Shown here one piece after another: positions 8,614 to 19,076 of a stretch of DNA of 64,000 nt. The stretch spans positions 704,001 to 768,000 of the forward strand of contig JBEPYN010000001.1 in assembly GCA_041641305.1 (NCBI GenBank), written 5' to 3'. Below the pieces are notes generated by a model that saw nothing but the letters and a program-made list of their open reading frames with translations, was not told the origin of the DNA and did no database searches. The stretch is from Nitrososphaerota archaeon. Its GTDB lineage: Archaea > Thermoproteota > Nitrososphaeria_A > Caldarchaeales > Caldarchaeaceae. How positions within the stretch are numbered: position 1 is the stretch's first letter; each line of letters begins with the position of its first letter. The translations under genes were made by a program, and so were the position numbers.

Positions 8614-9076
8614 TCGCCGCGGGCCTGCTGTAGCGTCGCATGTGATAGATTAGCGGCTGATCCTCCGAGAAAAGTTTTACCTGTTTCACCCGCCCCATGA
8701 TGATCAAGTGTGTTGAGCAGTCGACTTGGCCGCTGACCTCGCAGAAGAGCACGCCCAACACATCCTGCAGCACAGGAAAACCATCCTCAAGCACATACTT
8801 CACCCTCGAGAACCGCTCCTCATGCGGAGTGTATGCAAACACATCAGAGACCCAGCCCTGTTTCTCCGAGAGAAGGTTAACGCAGAAACGCCCCGATTTG
8901 AGAACACTTAAACATGTCTTGGTGGTTTTCTCCAAAGAGATGAGAACAGTAGGAGGCTCAAGCGAAACGGATGTGAAGGAGCTAACGGTCATCCCATGCG
9001 GCCGCCCCTCATAAAAAGTGGTGACAACCGTGACAGGCTGGGGAACACGCCTCATAAACTCCCTTAAATCGGTCAT
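8603..9076 (-). CDS. Flavin reductase family protein (HpaC/RutF-like)
   Basis: VTVVTT, GMTVSSFTSVSLEPP, FCVNLL. Confidence 0.9.
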   Translation of the reverse strand: MTDLREFMRRVPQPVTVVTTFYEGRPHGMTVSSFTSVSLEPPTVLISLEKTTKTCLSVLKSGRFCVNLLSEKQGWVSDVFAYTPHEERFSRVKYVLEDGFPVLQDVLGVLFCEVSGQVDCSTHLIIMGRVKQVKLFSEDQPLIYHMRRYSRPAATTV

Positions 9077-9120
9077 CTCCGCCAACCCAAGTGCACATTC
9101 TGGTTTTAACTCTGTTGGTC

Positions 9121-9624
9121 TTACTCTTTGACGGTGAACATGGTGTGTGTGGAGGTCATGTTTACCTCGGTTAGCAGCCATAACCGCTTGAACACGCGGT
9201 TGAAGAAATCATCACGCGCAACCTCGTCAACGCTAACAACCACATCCCACATGCCGAACAGCTCATGGGCCTCGAGAACCTCGTCGATGGACATGAGATA
9301 TTTTTCCCAGAGCTTGGGTGCGGAGGGCCTCCTCATCTTAATGAAGATGTATGCGCATTTACGTTTGGAGCTGGCCCCCTCTTTCTCAAATGAGAGGCCG
9401 CCTTCGTTAACTATGAGAGAGTTTGTGTCCACTACGCCATATCCACGCATAGCGTCCAAGACGCTGTTAAGGTGTTTGAGCGACTCGACGTTGACTTTGC
9501 TCATTACGTCATAGGGGCCCCAGATTAGGTATGATTCCTCCACGTTCTTGTCGGACCTTATGGCTTGGAGTGTCTCGATTAGGCCGCTTCGGCTGCCGAC
9601 TGTGCCGAGAACAAACGCTTTCAC
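9121..9624 (-). CDS. Tandem Lrp/AsnC ligand-binding (RAM) domain protein without HTH
   Basis: Two repeats: KAFVL...LIWGPYDV...TNSLIV and AYIFIK...LFGMWDV...THTMF. Confidence 0.7.
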   Translation of the reverse strand: MKAFVLGTVGSRSGLIETLQAIRSDKNVEESYLIWGPYDVMSKVNVESLKHLNSVLDAMRGYGVVDTNSLIVNEGGLSFEKEGASSKRKCAYIFIKMRRPSAPKLWEKYLMSIDEVLEAHELFGMWDVVVSVDEVARDDFFNRVFKRLWLLTEVNMTSTHTMFTVKE

Positions 9625-9659
9625 GTTTCTCTACAACATAGCAGGGTATTTTAGCTTTG

Positions 9660-10550
9660 TTAAACCGTTTCCCAAGCATATGCCGCGGCGCCCAGAAGAG
9701 CCGCGTCCTGCCCAAGTGAGGAGAGCTGCATCTCTGTCCTAAGCAGCTGATACTTTTTCATGATTTTTTGGGGTCTTTCAACGGTTTCGCGTGGATGGCT
9801 TAGGGCGAGGCCTCCGCCGACCACGAGAACCTCTGGGTCGAATGTGTTGATGACGGATGCGTAGCCCGCCGCGTTGTATTCCGCCATCTTCGCCACAACT
9901 TTTCTCGCTCTAGTGTCTCTTGGCAAACTTTCAAAAATCTCCCAAGAGGTTTTCCACAGCCTTTTTCCGAGCATCTGGGCTGCTAGCTTGGGCAACCCTG
10001 TTCCGGCGCAGAATGCCTCCCAGTGGCCTGTTCCGCCGCAGCCGCATCTAACCCGTGAATTCGCGTCCACAACTATGTGGCCTATCTCGACTGCGTTTCC
10101 GTCTTTCCCGAGCAGCAGATGGTTGTCGACAACAGCTCCTCCTCCAAGACCAGTCCCAAAAGCTATGTAGACAAGGTTTTCAACCCTCTTCTCTACGCCG
10201 AAAACCTTCTCACCCCACGCGGCGGCGGTGCAATCATTTAACAGAGCAAACGGGCCCCTGTGAACACTCTCAATTATCTCTTTCAGGTTTATGCTGAGAC
10301 CTCCGAGGTTCGGAGTGTTCAGGACGAGCCCTCTTTTGATCGATAACGGGCCTATGGAAGCTATTCCAAGGGGTGCTTTTGCTGAGACACCCGTCTGCCG
10401 CAGTATGCGGAAGCCTTGCCTAAACATTCCTTTGATGGCTGGAATTGTTTTAGGCGTTGTTGTAACTATTTTGCGGCGGATTTTTCCCGAAGGCGTCACG
10501 ACAGCGAAGCGTGTGTAGGTGGCGCCGAAGTCTACAGCGACTATGTCCAT
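9660..10550 (-). CDS. ROK family sugar kinase (glucokinase-like)
   Basis: VDFGAT, LNDC, GTGLGGG, EIGH, CGCGGTGHWE. Confidence 0.9.
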   Translation of the reverse strand: MDIVAVDFGATYTRFAVVTPSGKIRRKIVTTTPKTIPAIKGMFRQGFRILRQTGVSAKAPLGIASIGPLSIKRGLVLNTPNLGGLSINLKEIIESVHRGPFALLNDCTAAAWGEKVFGVEKRVENLVYIAFGTGLGGGAVVDNHLLLGKDGNAVEIGHIVVDANSRVRCGCGGTGHWEAFCAGTGLPKLAAQMLGKRLWKTSWEIFESLPRDTRARKVVAKMAEYNAAGYASVINTFDPEVLVVGGGLALSHPRETVERPQKIMKKYQLLRTEMQLSSLGQDAALLGAAAYAWETV

Positions 10551-11926
10551 GGGACGTCGATGTATTTCCCTGGGTTAAGTATGTTGTCGGGGTCGAAGAC
10601 TTTTTTGATTTTCTGCATCAGCCTGAGTGTTTCGACGCCGTTGTGCGCCTCGAGCTGCTGCACAAGCTCCCTCATCTTCTGAAGGCCGACGCCGTGTTCA
10701 CCCGTTATTGTTCCACCCACCTCTATCGCGAAACGGACAAGATCCCTGACAGCCTGCTCAGCTCTCTGAACTTCTTCAGGGTTGTCGGGGTCGTAGAATA
10801 TCAGGGGATGTATGTTTCCGTCGCCCGCGTGGCCGTTCATCGAGATCGTCAAACCATGTTTTCTCGAAAGCTCCTGCACCTTCTCGAGATAGTCCACTAT
10901 CCTGTCTATGGGTACGCAGACATCCTCCACCATCACCTCCTTGGCGACAGAGCGGATGGCGAGGTACATCGTGGCCCTTATCTGGAGAAGCTGCTCAGCC
11001 TCCTCCTCTGTCTCAGCGACCTTCACCTCCTTCACGTGGTTTCTCTCGAGGATTTCGAGAACCTTTGGCAGCTCTTTCCCCGTTATCTCCTCAACATCTA
11101 TCAGCAGCATCGCCTCACCAACTGGCAGGGATGTTCCATGCATCTTATTGGCTGCCTCAAGCCCTACTCTGTCAAAGAACTCAAGCATCCGTGGAACAAC
11201 TCTGTTTGTACGTATGTCGATGATGGCTCTGCCCGCATCCCTCCAATCGTCAAACACGGCGTAAATCCTTCTTATGCTGAATTCGGACAGCGGCGCAATC
11301 TTGAGCCAAGCCTCGACGATCACGCCTAGGGTTCCCTCGCTGCCCACCATCAGTTGGCACAGGTTGTAGCCTGCCCTGTTCTTTGCAAGCGGCTCGCCGA
11401 AGACAACCACGTCACCTGAGGCGAGCACAACCTTGACGGCGAGCACCCAGTCTTTGACTGTTCCGTACTTGACGCAGCGGAGCCCTCCAGCCCCCTCTGC
11501 TACGGCGCCTCCCACGGTGCAGAGAAAACTGCTCGCGGGGTCGGGTGGGAAGAAGAAGCCATATTCCCTAAGCGTGTTGTTCAACTGCTCGAGAACAACC
11601 CCCGCCTCCACATGTGCATAGTAGTTTACCGTGTCCACCTTCAGTATACGTGTCATGGCTGACAAATCCAAGACCAGGCTGTCTGTCACAACTGCGCCGG
11701 TCAGGCTCGAGCCCGCGCCCCAAACCGTCAAAGGAATTTTCATGCGGCTACAGTATCTCAAAAGCTTAGACACATCCTCTACACAGCTAGCTCTTACGAC
11801 GATCTTGGGCCTCCGCGTGAACCCGCCCATGTCACGAGAATATTTTTCAACATTCTCCTCATCTGTGAAGACTTTATCGCCGCCGAGCAGGAGACGCAGC
11901 TCCTCCGCAACTTTTCCAAAATCCAT
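10541..11926 (-). CDS. FAD-linked oxidase (GlcD / D-lactate dehydrogenase family)
   Basis: GAGSSLTG, PPDPAS, GSEGTLG, GHAGDGNIH, GEHGVG, FDPDNILNPGK. Confidence 0.92.
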   Translation of the reverse strand: MDFGKVAEELRLLLGGDKVFTDEENVEKYSRDMGGFTRRPKIVVRASCVEDVSKLLRYCSRMKIPLTVWGAGSSLTGAVVTDSLVLDLSAMTRILKVDTVNYYAHVEAGVVLEQLNNTLREYGFFFPPDPASSFLCTVGGAVAEGAGGLRCVKYGTVKDWVLAVKVVLASGDVVVFGEPLAKNRAGYNLCQLMVGSEGTLGVIVEAWLKIAPLSEFSIRRIYAVFDDWRDAGRAIIDIRTNRVVPRMLEFFDRVGLEAANKMHGTSLPVGEAMLLIDVEEITGKELPKVLEILERNHVKEVKVAETEEEAEQLLQIRATMYLAIRSVAKEVMVEDVCVPIDRIVDYLEKVQELSRKHGLTISMNGHAGDGNIHPLIFYDPDNPEEVQRAEQAVRDLVRFAIEVGGTITGEHGVGLQKMRELVQQLEAHNGVETLRLMQKIKKVFDPDNILNPGKYIDVPWT

Positions 11927-11957
11927 GCCTCTACTGGTTCATCGTATTCTAAAAGGG

Positions 11958-12716
11958 TTATGCGAGGATGAGCTGGATGATAGTGTCTTTGAGCTTGTTG
12001 AAGCTTGTTTCTTCCTGTTTTTCTTTGTATTGTTTTAGGTGGGTTAGCAGGGTTGGGTCGTTTTTTCTTTCTCGGAGTATTGTGCGGATGAGGTAGGATG
12101 TGAAGGATGTGACGTTTCTCGGTTTTCTCTGCTGGGAGCTGTGGCTGAAGTCGATGATTGTTGCTTTTCCACGGGGTGAGATGATGACGTGGTCGGAGGA
12201 GTTTGAGAGCTGGCCATGGTCGAGATGAATTTTGTCGAGTAGATGTGCTTGGTCGAGAATCTTCCCCACTATCTCGGCTATTTCTGCGCGGTTGTTTGCT
12301 TTGATGAATTGTGCCAGGGTCTCACCTTCGACATATTCCATGATGATGACGTGTTGGGAGTGGTTGAGAAGCCTCGGCCCCACATCGACCGTGTTGGCTT
12401 TCCCGAGATGCATCGCCTCCTGCACCACAGTCGGAACAGCTGCGTCAGTCCGCACCACCTTCACAGCGACACATACATCATCCACGAGGCCGAGGAAAAC
12501 CATGCCACGGCCGCCTTTCCCAAGCAAATAGGGCGCAAGCTTCCCAGACGACTCCGAAACCCCCACCGCAGCCACGCCCAGGATGTCAAGCTCCCGCAAA
12601 ACCTCCAACACTCTATTCTCTTCCCCCGACGGGTAGGCGAACAAACTGAGGTCGACGCCTTTCTCTCTCAGCTGGTTGAGAGAGAGGAAATGTATGTTGC
12701 GATGTATTTGGGACAT
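11958..12716 (-). CDS. Atypical Ser/Thr protein kinase (Bud32/RIO-like archaeal family)
   Basis: LGKGGRGMV, VAVK, MEYVEG, DHGQL, IIDF; typical neighbour of cca. Confidence 0.82.
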   Translation of the reverse strand: MSQIHRNIHFLSLNQLREKGVDLSLFAYPSGEENRVLEVLRELDILGVAAVGVSESSGKLAPYLLGKGGRGMVFLGLVDDVCVAVKVVRTDAAVPTVVQEAMHLGKANTVDVGPRLLNHSQHVIIMEYVEGETLAQFIKANNRAEIAEIVGKILDQAHLLDKIHLDHGQLSNSSDHVIISPRGKATIIDFSHSSQQRKPRNVTSFTSYLIRTILRERKNDPTLLTHLKQYKEKQEETSFNKLKDTIIQLILA

Positions 12717-14029
12717 GTTCTCACAAACTCTTTGAGGAAATGTTTTCCCTCGCCCGTGAGCGTCTCCATGAGGCTAGCTATGTTTGTGTAGGTTTTCGCG
12801 TTTCTCAGATGGGGTTGGAGATGTTTGGAGACGGACGCCTGGCCCGATTGTATGAGATGCTGGAGGGCCTCAGCCGCGTCGCGGTGCCTCCTCCTCAACA
12901 GCGAATACAGCCTGTCTCCAGACACCCATGGAGGAGCCAACAACATTTTCTTAAGCATCTGCTCAGCGATGAACCGTTCAGCGTTGCCGCTCCACACAGG
13001 AGGACCCCTATGCAACACAACAGGTGGAAGAATGTTTGTCTCAAGCTCGAAGACCATGACACCTGTTTTTTCCTCGGCCCATCTATCGTATCTCAGCACG
13101 GTGAAGCCGAGGCCGTTGAGGCCGCGGGCCAATCCTTCGACGGTGTGGTTAAGCTCTCCCCAGAGAACGTCGGGCGGCTGCTCAGGCACGGAGAAGACGA
13201 GGCCCAGAAAACTCCGTTCCTCGACAACATCTTCCAAGCCTGTGTCGCCGACGAAATAGTCTTCGCTGGGTTTTGTGAGGAAGAGTTTGGATTTGAGGAT
13301 GAAGTTTGACAGGGTTGTGAGGGAGATTGCTGCGGCTGTGTTGCGGCTTGGGTCGACTGGGTCGGGTAAATGAAGCACGGTGTCTGGGGCTGGTTTGCCT
13401 TCGCCAAGCACCACAGGAGGCCTCCACTTTGAAGCAGCCTGAAGAAGCGAGGTGAAGGAGCCGAACCTGATTATCAAAAGTTCGCAGACGTATCCGCTGA
13501 AGCCTCTTGTCTTCAACTCGGCGCCGTAGAGGTTGTCGTTCATGAGGAAGGCTTTGAGGAGACGGACATGGTCAGCGCCGCCGGGTGGAAGGTTTTTCTT
13601 CACATAGGCTGTGTGGTAGGGTGTGCGGTCGACTGGTGTAATCCATCTCCCATACTCGGCGTCATAGCATGGAACGATGTTGACACGTATGCCGTCCACA
13701 AACCCTTCCACGTAGGGGTGGCTCGCATACCGAAGCCGATAAGCGCCACCAACCCCGACAACGGCCTTCACACCCTCTTCGACGACGCGGCGGCAGGCCT
13801 CATCGACGGGAAACCCTGGCCTAAAATGGATGAAGATGTCGCTCTCCTCCCTGCCGCGGACCATCGTCCCCTTCGCGAAAGAACCCTCAACAGAGACAAG
13901 GCCCCTGCCGAAAACATCCTCAAGCCGCTGAACCAAACGTGATGTAACATCCTCGGTCTTCTCAAGCGTTTCTTGCAAGGGCCTGAGCTGCTCAACCACA
14001 CGCCGAAGCACGTCCTCAACAGCTGTCAA
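12668..14029 (-). CDS. cca: CCA-adding enzyme (class I)
   Basis: GSFAKGT, YASHPYV, VDRTPYH, GFSGYVCELL, DPVDPSRN. Confidence 0.95.
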   Translation of the reverse strand: MTAVEDVLRRVVEQLRPLQETLEKTEDVTSRLVQRLEDVFGRGLVSVEGSFAKGTMVRGREESDIFIHFRPGFPVDEACRRVVEEGVKAVVGVGGAYRLRYASHPYVEGFVDGIRVNIVPCYDAEYGRWITPVDRTPYHTAYVKKNLPPGGADHVRLLKAFLMNDNLYGAELKTRGFSGYVCELLIIRFGSFTSLLQAASKWRPPVVLGEGKPAPDTVLHLPDPVDPSRNTAAAISLTTLSNFILKSKLFLTKPSEDYFVGDTGLEDVVEERSFLGLVFSVPEQPPDVLWGELNHTVEGLARGLNGLGFTVLRYDRWAEEKTGVMVFELETNILPPVVLHRGPPVWSGNAERFIAEQMLKKMLLAPPWVSGDRLYSLLRRRHRDAAEALQHLIQSGQASVSKHLQPHLRNAKTYTNIASLMETLTGEGKHFLKEFVRTCPKYIATYISSLSTS

Positions 14030-14577
14030 AGATTCTTCACCGCCAAATCCGAGTAAACAGGGCCTGAGGAGGTTAGCACACTCTTCTTCAACACGATTTT
14101 GTTGACGAGCTGTTTGCCGAAGAATGTGTTTCTGTTTCTGTTGATGACGTCGAGGAGCTGGCCGCGGTTTCTGAGATACTTGACTCTGCAGACGGTTAGG
14201 TGGGGGATGAACCTCTGCTCCTCAACCCTGATACGTGGAAGACGTTTCCGAAGCTGGCTATACACCTCAACCAGGTTATCAGCACCATCCCTCACCCCAA
14301 CCCATATCACATTAACACGGCCTCCTCCCGGAAAATAGCCTACACCATTCATCTCAATCTCGAAAGGCTTCGACTCTATGGAGTGCAGGGCCTTCTCGGC
14401 TTCGGCTACCTCTGTGTCATCCAGCTCGCCAAGGAAGAGGAGTGTGATGTGTAGGTTTTGGGGTTCAACGGGTTTGAGGCCTTCTCCAGCGGCTCTAAGC
14501 AGCTCGTTCTGAAGTGCGACGAGGTTTTGGACGGTTTGCTCATCGTGTATGTCGACGGCGAAGAAAGCTCTAACCAC
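14026..14577 (-). CDS. thpR: RNA 2',3'-cyclic phosphodiesterase (2'-5' RNA ligase)
   Basis: RAFFAVD; two HxT motifs (HITL, HLTV). Confidence 0.93.
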   Translation of the reverse strand: MVRAFFAVDIHDEQTVQNLVALQNELLRAAGEGLKPVEPQNLHITLLFLGELDDTEVAEAEKALHSIESKPFEIEMNGVGYFPGGGRVNVIWVGVRDGADNLVEVYSQLRKRLPRIRVEEQRFIPHLTVCRVKYLRNRGQLLDVINRNRNTFFGKQLVNKIVLKKSVLTSSGPVYSDLAVKNL

Positions 14578-15244
14578 GTAGACGCGCCTCCCTCAGGAAT
14601 ACAAGCTTCTCAGCCAGCATGGACGCCACCTCATCCAACATACTGTCGCCGTTGAACACCTTAACCGCCTCACTCGGCCTCCACATGAGATAGACATCAT
14701 AGTATTGGCTCACAAGCCTCTGCAGCTCCTCGTCAACCTCGAGAACCCTGTCGCTCGAGACGGTTTTCTGCGCGGTCCGTCTACGCCGCGTCTCTTCATC
14801 CACTTCAACCACAACTGTTAGATCAGGTTTTGCGAAAACATCTTTCCCAAGCATTTCAACAATTTCGATAAACTGTGTGAACAGTTTCTCCTCAACTTTT
14901 CTACCGTATCGCTTCGACCAAAGGGCGAACCCGTAAACGACCGAGCAGAGGCTGTATCTGTCTATCATCATATAGTCTGGTTTCTTCTCCTCGATGATTT
15001 TCTTGATGACTGAGCTGTCGTCTGATGTGTTTGCGAGGAAGAGGAGCATCCGTGTCAGGGGATCTGTCTCGGGTCTGTTGCCGTGTTGTGCTGCGAAAAT
15101 GCCTGATGGGGTGAGGCTGGGTGTCTTGTAGGTCTGGACACCGTGGCCCCTCTCAGCAAGCTTGCTGACAACCGCGTTCATAAGGGTTGTTTTACCCGAG
15201 CCGTCGACACCCTCCCACGCCACCACAAAAGATGAGCCGAGCAT
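14570..15244 (-). CDS. tmk: Thymidylate kinase
   Basis: EGVDGSGKTT, IDRYSLCS, PDLTVV. Confidence 0.85.
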   Translation of the reverse strand: MLGSSFVVAWEGVDGSGKTTLMNAVVSKLAERGHGVQTYKTPSLTPSGIFAAQHGNRPETDPLTRMLLFLANTSDDSSVIKKIIEEKKPDYMMIDRYSLCSVVYGFALWSKRYGRKVEEKLFTQFIEIVEMLGKDVFAKPDLTVVVEVDEETRRRRTAQKTVSSDRVLEVDEELQRLVSQYYDVYLMWRPSEAVKVFNGDSMLDEVASMLAEKLVFLREARLRG

Positions 15245-16078
15245 CCGGCCACAAGGTCAAGCAATTTTTATTAAGGATTAATTGAACTTAGCCCCTGTAC
15301 CCTAATTCCCTTGGTTCTATGTCCTCTTTCTGACAACATACATACGCCCTTCTTCAACAACCACGCTAAACCTGATGTCCTGCTCCGCCATAATGTTGTC
15401 AACATCATAGGGCGTGGCATAAGACAGAATTGTTATGTGGCTTTTCCTATAAGCTGTTTCAGCATCAACACGGCTCATATAAATCTGTTGGAACAGCATA
15501 TCGCTTCAATCAAAAACCATCCACTACGTGAGACGCCATTAGTGACAACGGTATTTTGCGAAGCATTTTATATGTTCCTCTAGGTCTTTGGATTTTTCAG
15601 CAGTGAGGGTGAACTCAATAGTTCGCTCAGTCACGTTGCACGGTATCGTAACTTTCTGCGGAAGAGAGAGCAGCGCTTGAAACGTTTTTTTTGCGGCGGC
15701 CACAGCCACTGAGCTTGGAGACTGGACCTGCAGCAGGATGGTCTTATAAGGCCGTGGGCGAACTATACAAAACTCAAAACCTAGACCCAACATGCCAAAG
15801 GCTCAGGCGGTATAGCCAAATTAGCACCGCCGACTGTCGTCTGGCGGAGCCCAATACAAATCCCGGCCTGGCGGATATATTGATATGTGGTGATGTGCGA
15901 TAAAGTAGGTTGCAGAAATTCTCTTTAAGATGATGGAAGAAAATAGTTGATGGCTGGCTGACAAGCACGACAACAATTTTTTACCGGTTGGGACTAAATT
16001 CCTCCACCGCCTCCTCAAAATCCAGAGCAGTCTAGCAACGTCCTATCACTAACTGTTACGTTGTAATTTTCAACGAAT

Positions 16079-16870
16079 TTATCCCGATTTGCTCGGCAGG
16101 ATTTTGATACCAGTATTCGCTAACTCCTCGTGAAATTCTTTCAGAAGGAAAAGGCTTATGTCATCTTGAGTTTTCTCGCCCTTCCTAAACGGGGTGTCAA
16201 GTATGTGTGTTAGGCGGTTCATGTAATTGACGAAGTAGGCGAGAATGCCAAAGGTCGCCATAGCCGAGGTTATGTTCTGCGACTCTGTGAAAAAGAGCAC
16301 CGTGATTACGCCAATCATTAGAACATCTGCTAGCAACCTTGCTGAAGGAAGGTATGCAATCCGCTGGATATAGTAGATGCGCAGAACTATTTTCAAGAGG
16401 TTTTCACGAGCGTCCTTGATACGTGAAATACTTGTCGACGATGTTCCATACATCTCAATTTCGGAAACGAGGTTGGACAATTTTCTGATATTTTCGATAC
16501 AAGGTCGGAGATCTGCGAAACCACTCTGTTTCTCAACACCTCTGATAAAGCTGTTGATGATTGCCAAAATGTTGCTGCGGATTCCCTCTATATTCAGTTT
16601 TCCATGAATGGCTTGTAAGGCTCTGGCTTCATCCCAAATCTTCTCAAGAAGAGCACGGATCTCGGCGGGAGCCCTCTCCGCCTCCTTATAGTCGGTGACC
16701 AGTCCCGCTAAAATAAACCCCATAACAAAGAGAGCGCCAGTAACCACGCTCCCAACTAGGAAATTTGGCTGAATGAACTCTAACCCGTTTGAATACACCA
16801 CATATTTAGCCAAAACCAAGGGGGCTGTCATCATGAAGGCGGTTAACGCTACACTGGATCTTACAAACAT
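16079..16870 (-). CDS. Membrane protein, bestrophin-like/DUF4239-like
   Basis: Two N-terminal TM helices, DYKEAER coiled region, two further TMs then LDTPF; AT-richer than flanks. Confidence 0.55.
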   Translation of the reverse strand: MFVRSSVALTAFMMTAPLVLAKYVVYSNGLEFIQPNFLVGSVVTGALFVMGFILAGLVTDYKEAERAPAEIRALLEKIWDEARALQAIHGKLNIEGIRSNILAIINSFIRGVEKQSGFADLRPCIENIRKLSNLVSEIEMYGTSSTSISRIKDARENLLKIVLRIYYIQRIAYLPSARLLADVLMIGVITVLFFTESQNITSAMATFGILAYFVNYMNRLTHILDTPFRKGEKTQDDISLFLLKEFHEELANTGIKILPSKSG

Positions 16871-16999
16871 CCGATAAACCCCAAAAAGAGGGATATATAG
16901 TCCTTTTTTCCGACTGCAGCTCTCTCCCTTGCCAGTACAATCAAAGTGGATATTACACCACACTTCACAGCCTTGTTCGCCTATGATGTGTAAGATGTT

Positions 17000-17332
17000 T
17001 TGCTTGTACGGGAGGTGTGGAGGTTAACCGGGTCAGGCTTTATGTTGGGATTGCAGGCTTCTCGGTTGTGGCTGGGTGTGTTTTCACGGCAACAAGTCAT
17101 TGGATGGCACCCAGCTTACTCTGCAGGCGAGCATCTGGGTATCGCATTTAACTGGGGGCTGTGGTTTATGGGTGGGCCGTTGACCGTCTATGTAGTGAGG
17201 AGGCCATGGTCGCCTTTCGCCGGAGAGACGGCGGGTGCGATCGTAGAGCTGAAGCTAAGACCTTTCTCTACTATTCCGGTCCAGCTCCTTGAACGTCAAT
17301 TGATTAAGGGTTTCAGCGCAGCCAAAGCTTAA
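17000..17332 (+). pseudogene. Fragment of an ECF transporter S component (YkoE-like)
   Basis: GLWFMGGPLTVYVVRRPWSPFAGETAGAIVEL resembles YkoE-type S components; flanks divergent, truncated. Confidence 0.5.
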
Positions 17333-17366
17333 AAACGGCGCGGCAGAATATTATCCGTGGTGAGCT

Positions 17367-17783
17367 ATGCCTGTAACGCTTCGTGTGAAGGATGTGATGG
17401 ATAGGAAGGTTGTGGAGATTGATGAGAACGCGACTGTGGCTGATGCTGTGAAGGCGATGCTTGACAACGAGGTTTGGTCGCTTGTGGTGACGCGGCAGAA
17501 GCTTCCCATAGGTGTTGTGACAGAGCGGGATATCATCAGGAGATGCATAGGCAAAGGCCGCCCCATGACGATAAAAGTAGGAGAAATAATGTCCACGCCA
17601 ATAGAAACCATCTCGCCGGAGGCCTCGCTCGGAGAGGCCATGGCCAAACTCGTGGAGAAGAACATCCGCAGACTCTTCGTGATTGAAAACGGGAAGATAA
17701 TTGGCAGGGTTACGCAGACCGAGCTTTTCGAAAACACGTTGAACGTGATGATGGCGTTGTCGGCGCTCAAGTCACAGCTTTGA
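17367..17783 (+). CDS. CBS-domain pair protein
   Basis: VKDVM, GVVTERD, VGEIMS, IRRL. Confidence 0.9.
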   Translation: MPVTLRVKDVMDRKVVEIDENATVADAVKAMLDNEVWSLVVTRQKLPIGVVTERDIIRRCIGKGRPMTIKVGEIMSTPIETISPEASLGEAMAKLVEKNIRRLFVIENGKIIGRVTQTELFENTLNVMMALSALKSQL

Positions 17784-18160
17784 AGCTGTCAGCAACCGTA
17801 ACAGCCCCACTATACTCCACAGAAGACGAGGAAAAAGTAGCGAAAGCCCTCCTCAACATTTTTCCAAAAGCCACCCTCGTCCAAACAAGTGATGGAAAAA
17901 TCGTTGCACGGATAAGCGGGTTGGAGGGTTTTGAGAAGCTTCGGATGATTATCCGGACGCGCCGCATCAGGAAAACGGTGAGAGCTCTTCTCAACAAGGG
18001 CCTGCGAGACAACACGGTAACGTTTTATCTAAACAAGCAGGCCGCCTCCGTCGGCAAGGTCTCGTTTTTTGAAGAGGGCGAGGTGATGGCTCTCGGGCCG
18101 ATAACCGTGGTCGTCGAAACAGATGAGCCGGCGAGATTTATCGAGTGGCTGACCGAATAA
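17780..18160 (+). CDS. Predicted RNA-binding protein (DUF54/UPF0201)
   Basis: TEDEEKVAKALLNIFP, LNKQAASVGKVSF, GPITV. Confidence 0.8.
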   Translation: MKLSATVTAPLYSTEDEEKVAKALLNIFPKATLVQTSDGKIVARISGLEGFEKLRMIIRTRRIRKTVRALLNKGLRDNTVTFYLNKQAASVGKVSFFEEGEVMALGPITVVVETDEPARFIEWLTE

Positions 18161-18161
18161 G

Positions 18162-19076
18162 CTATCTCAGCGGAACAAGGTATGTTTCAAAATCTTCCGC
18201 GACATAGGATTCGGGGAAAAATGCTCTGGCCTCGATGAGGAGTTTTTCGGGGTCTTCGTAGCGTGGGCTTATGTGGAAGAGGTAGAGACGCTTGACAGAA
18301 GCTTGGGCGGCTGTCTTGGCCGCGTCCTCGGCGGTTGAGTGGCCCTGCTCCAAAGCTTTTTCGCGGAGGGAGCTGTCGAATGTCGCATCATGTATGAGGA
18401 CGTCGGCGTTCTGGGATGCTTTCACCACTTCTTCACAGGGCCTTGTGTCGCCTGTGTAGACGATTTTTCTCCCAGGCCTCGGCGGCCCTAGTGCCTCCTC
18501 GGGTGTTATCACCCTTCCACCATACTCTACTGCATCGCCTCTCTGAAGCCGGCCCCAGAGCGGGCCCCTAGGCACCCCGAGGCTCTCGAGAAACTCGACC
18601 CTCATTTTGCCTAGACGGTCGTCCTCCTTGACAACGTATCCGAGGGAGTTTGTTGTGTGGTCTGTTTTGAAGGATGTGACTGTGACTGTGTCTATCCGGA
18701 TTGTGTCGCCTGGGGATAGCTCGTGGACGTTGATGGCGAAGTTTAGGGTGCCGAGGTGTGGGAGTGTGAGGGATTTGATGAGTGTGGCGGTGTTTTTGGG
18801 CCCGTAGATGTTTACCTCTTTTTCGCGGCCGTTCATCGAGAGGGTGAAGAGGAGGCCGGGGACGCCGAGGACATGGTCGCCGTGTAGATGTGTGAGGAAG
18901 ATGTGGAAGCCGGGTTTGACGCCCAGGCCTGAGGTGATGAATTGACGCTGGGTGCCTTCTCCGCAGTCCATCAGCAGGATTGATTTGCTCATGCGGATGG
19001 CCACCGACGGCATCCCTCTTCTCCGAGTGGGCATGCCGCCGCTTGTCCCGAGAAAAACCAGCCTCATCTCAGTCAA
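18162..19076 (-). CDS. rnz: Ribonuclease Z
   Basis: FLGTSGGMP, DCGEGTQ, THLHGDH, YTGDT, HST, HISPRY. Confidence 0.96.
   Translation of the reverse strand: MTEMRLVFLGTSGGMPTRRRGMPSVAIRMSKSILLMDCGEGTQRQFITSGLGVKPGFHIFLTHLHGDHVLGVPGLLFTLSMNGREKEVNIYGPKNTATLIKSLTLPHLGTLNFAINVHELSPGDTIRIDTVTVTSFKTDHTTNSLGYVVKEDDRLGKMRVEFLESLGVPRGPLWGRLQRGDAVEYGGRVITPEEALGPPRPGRKIVYTGDTRPCEEVVKASQNADVLIHDATFDSSLREKALEQGHSTAEDAAKTAAQASVKRLYLFHISPRYEDPEKLLIEARAFFPESYVAEDFETYLVPLR

Noticed and set aside
10511-11329. Long alternative-frame and antisense ORFs (also 25416-26255, 26467-27159, 62851-63597 and others)
   Set aside because: Shadow frames of well-supported genes, with no motifs of their own.
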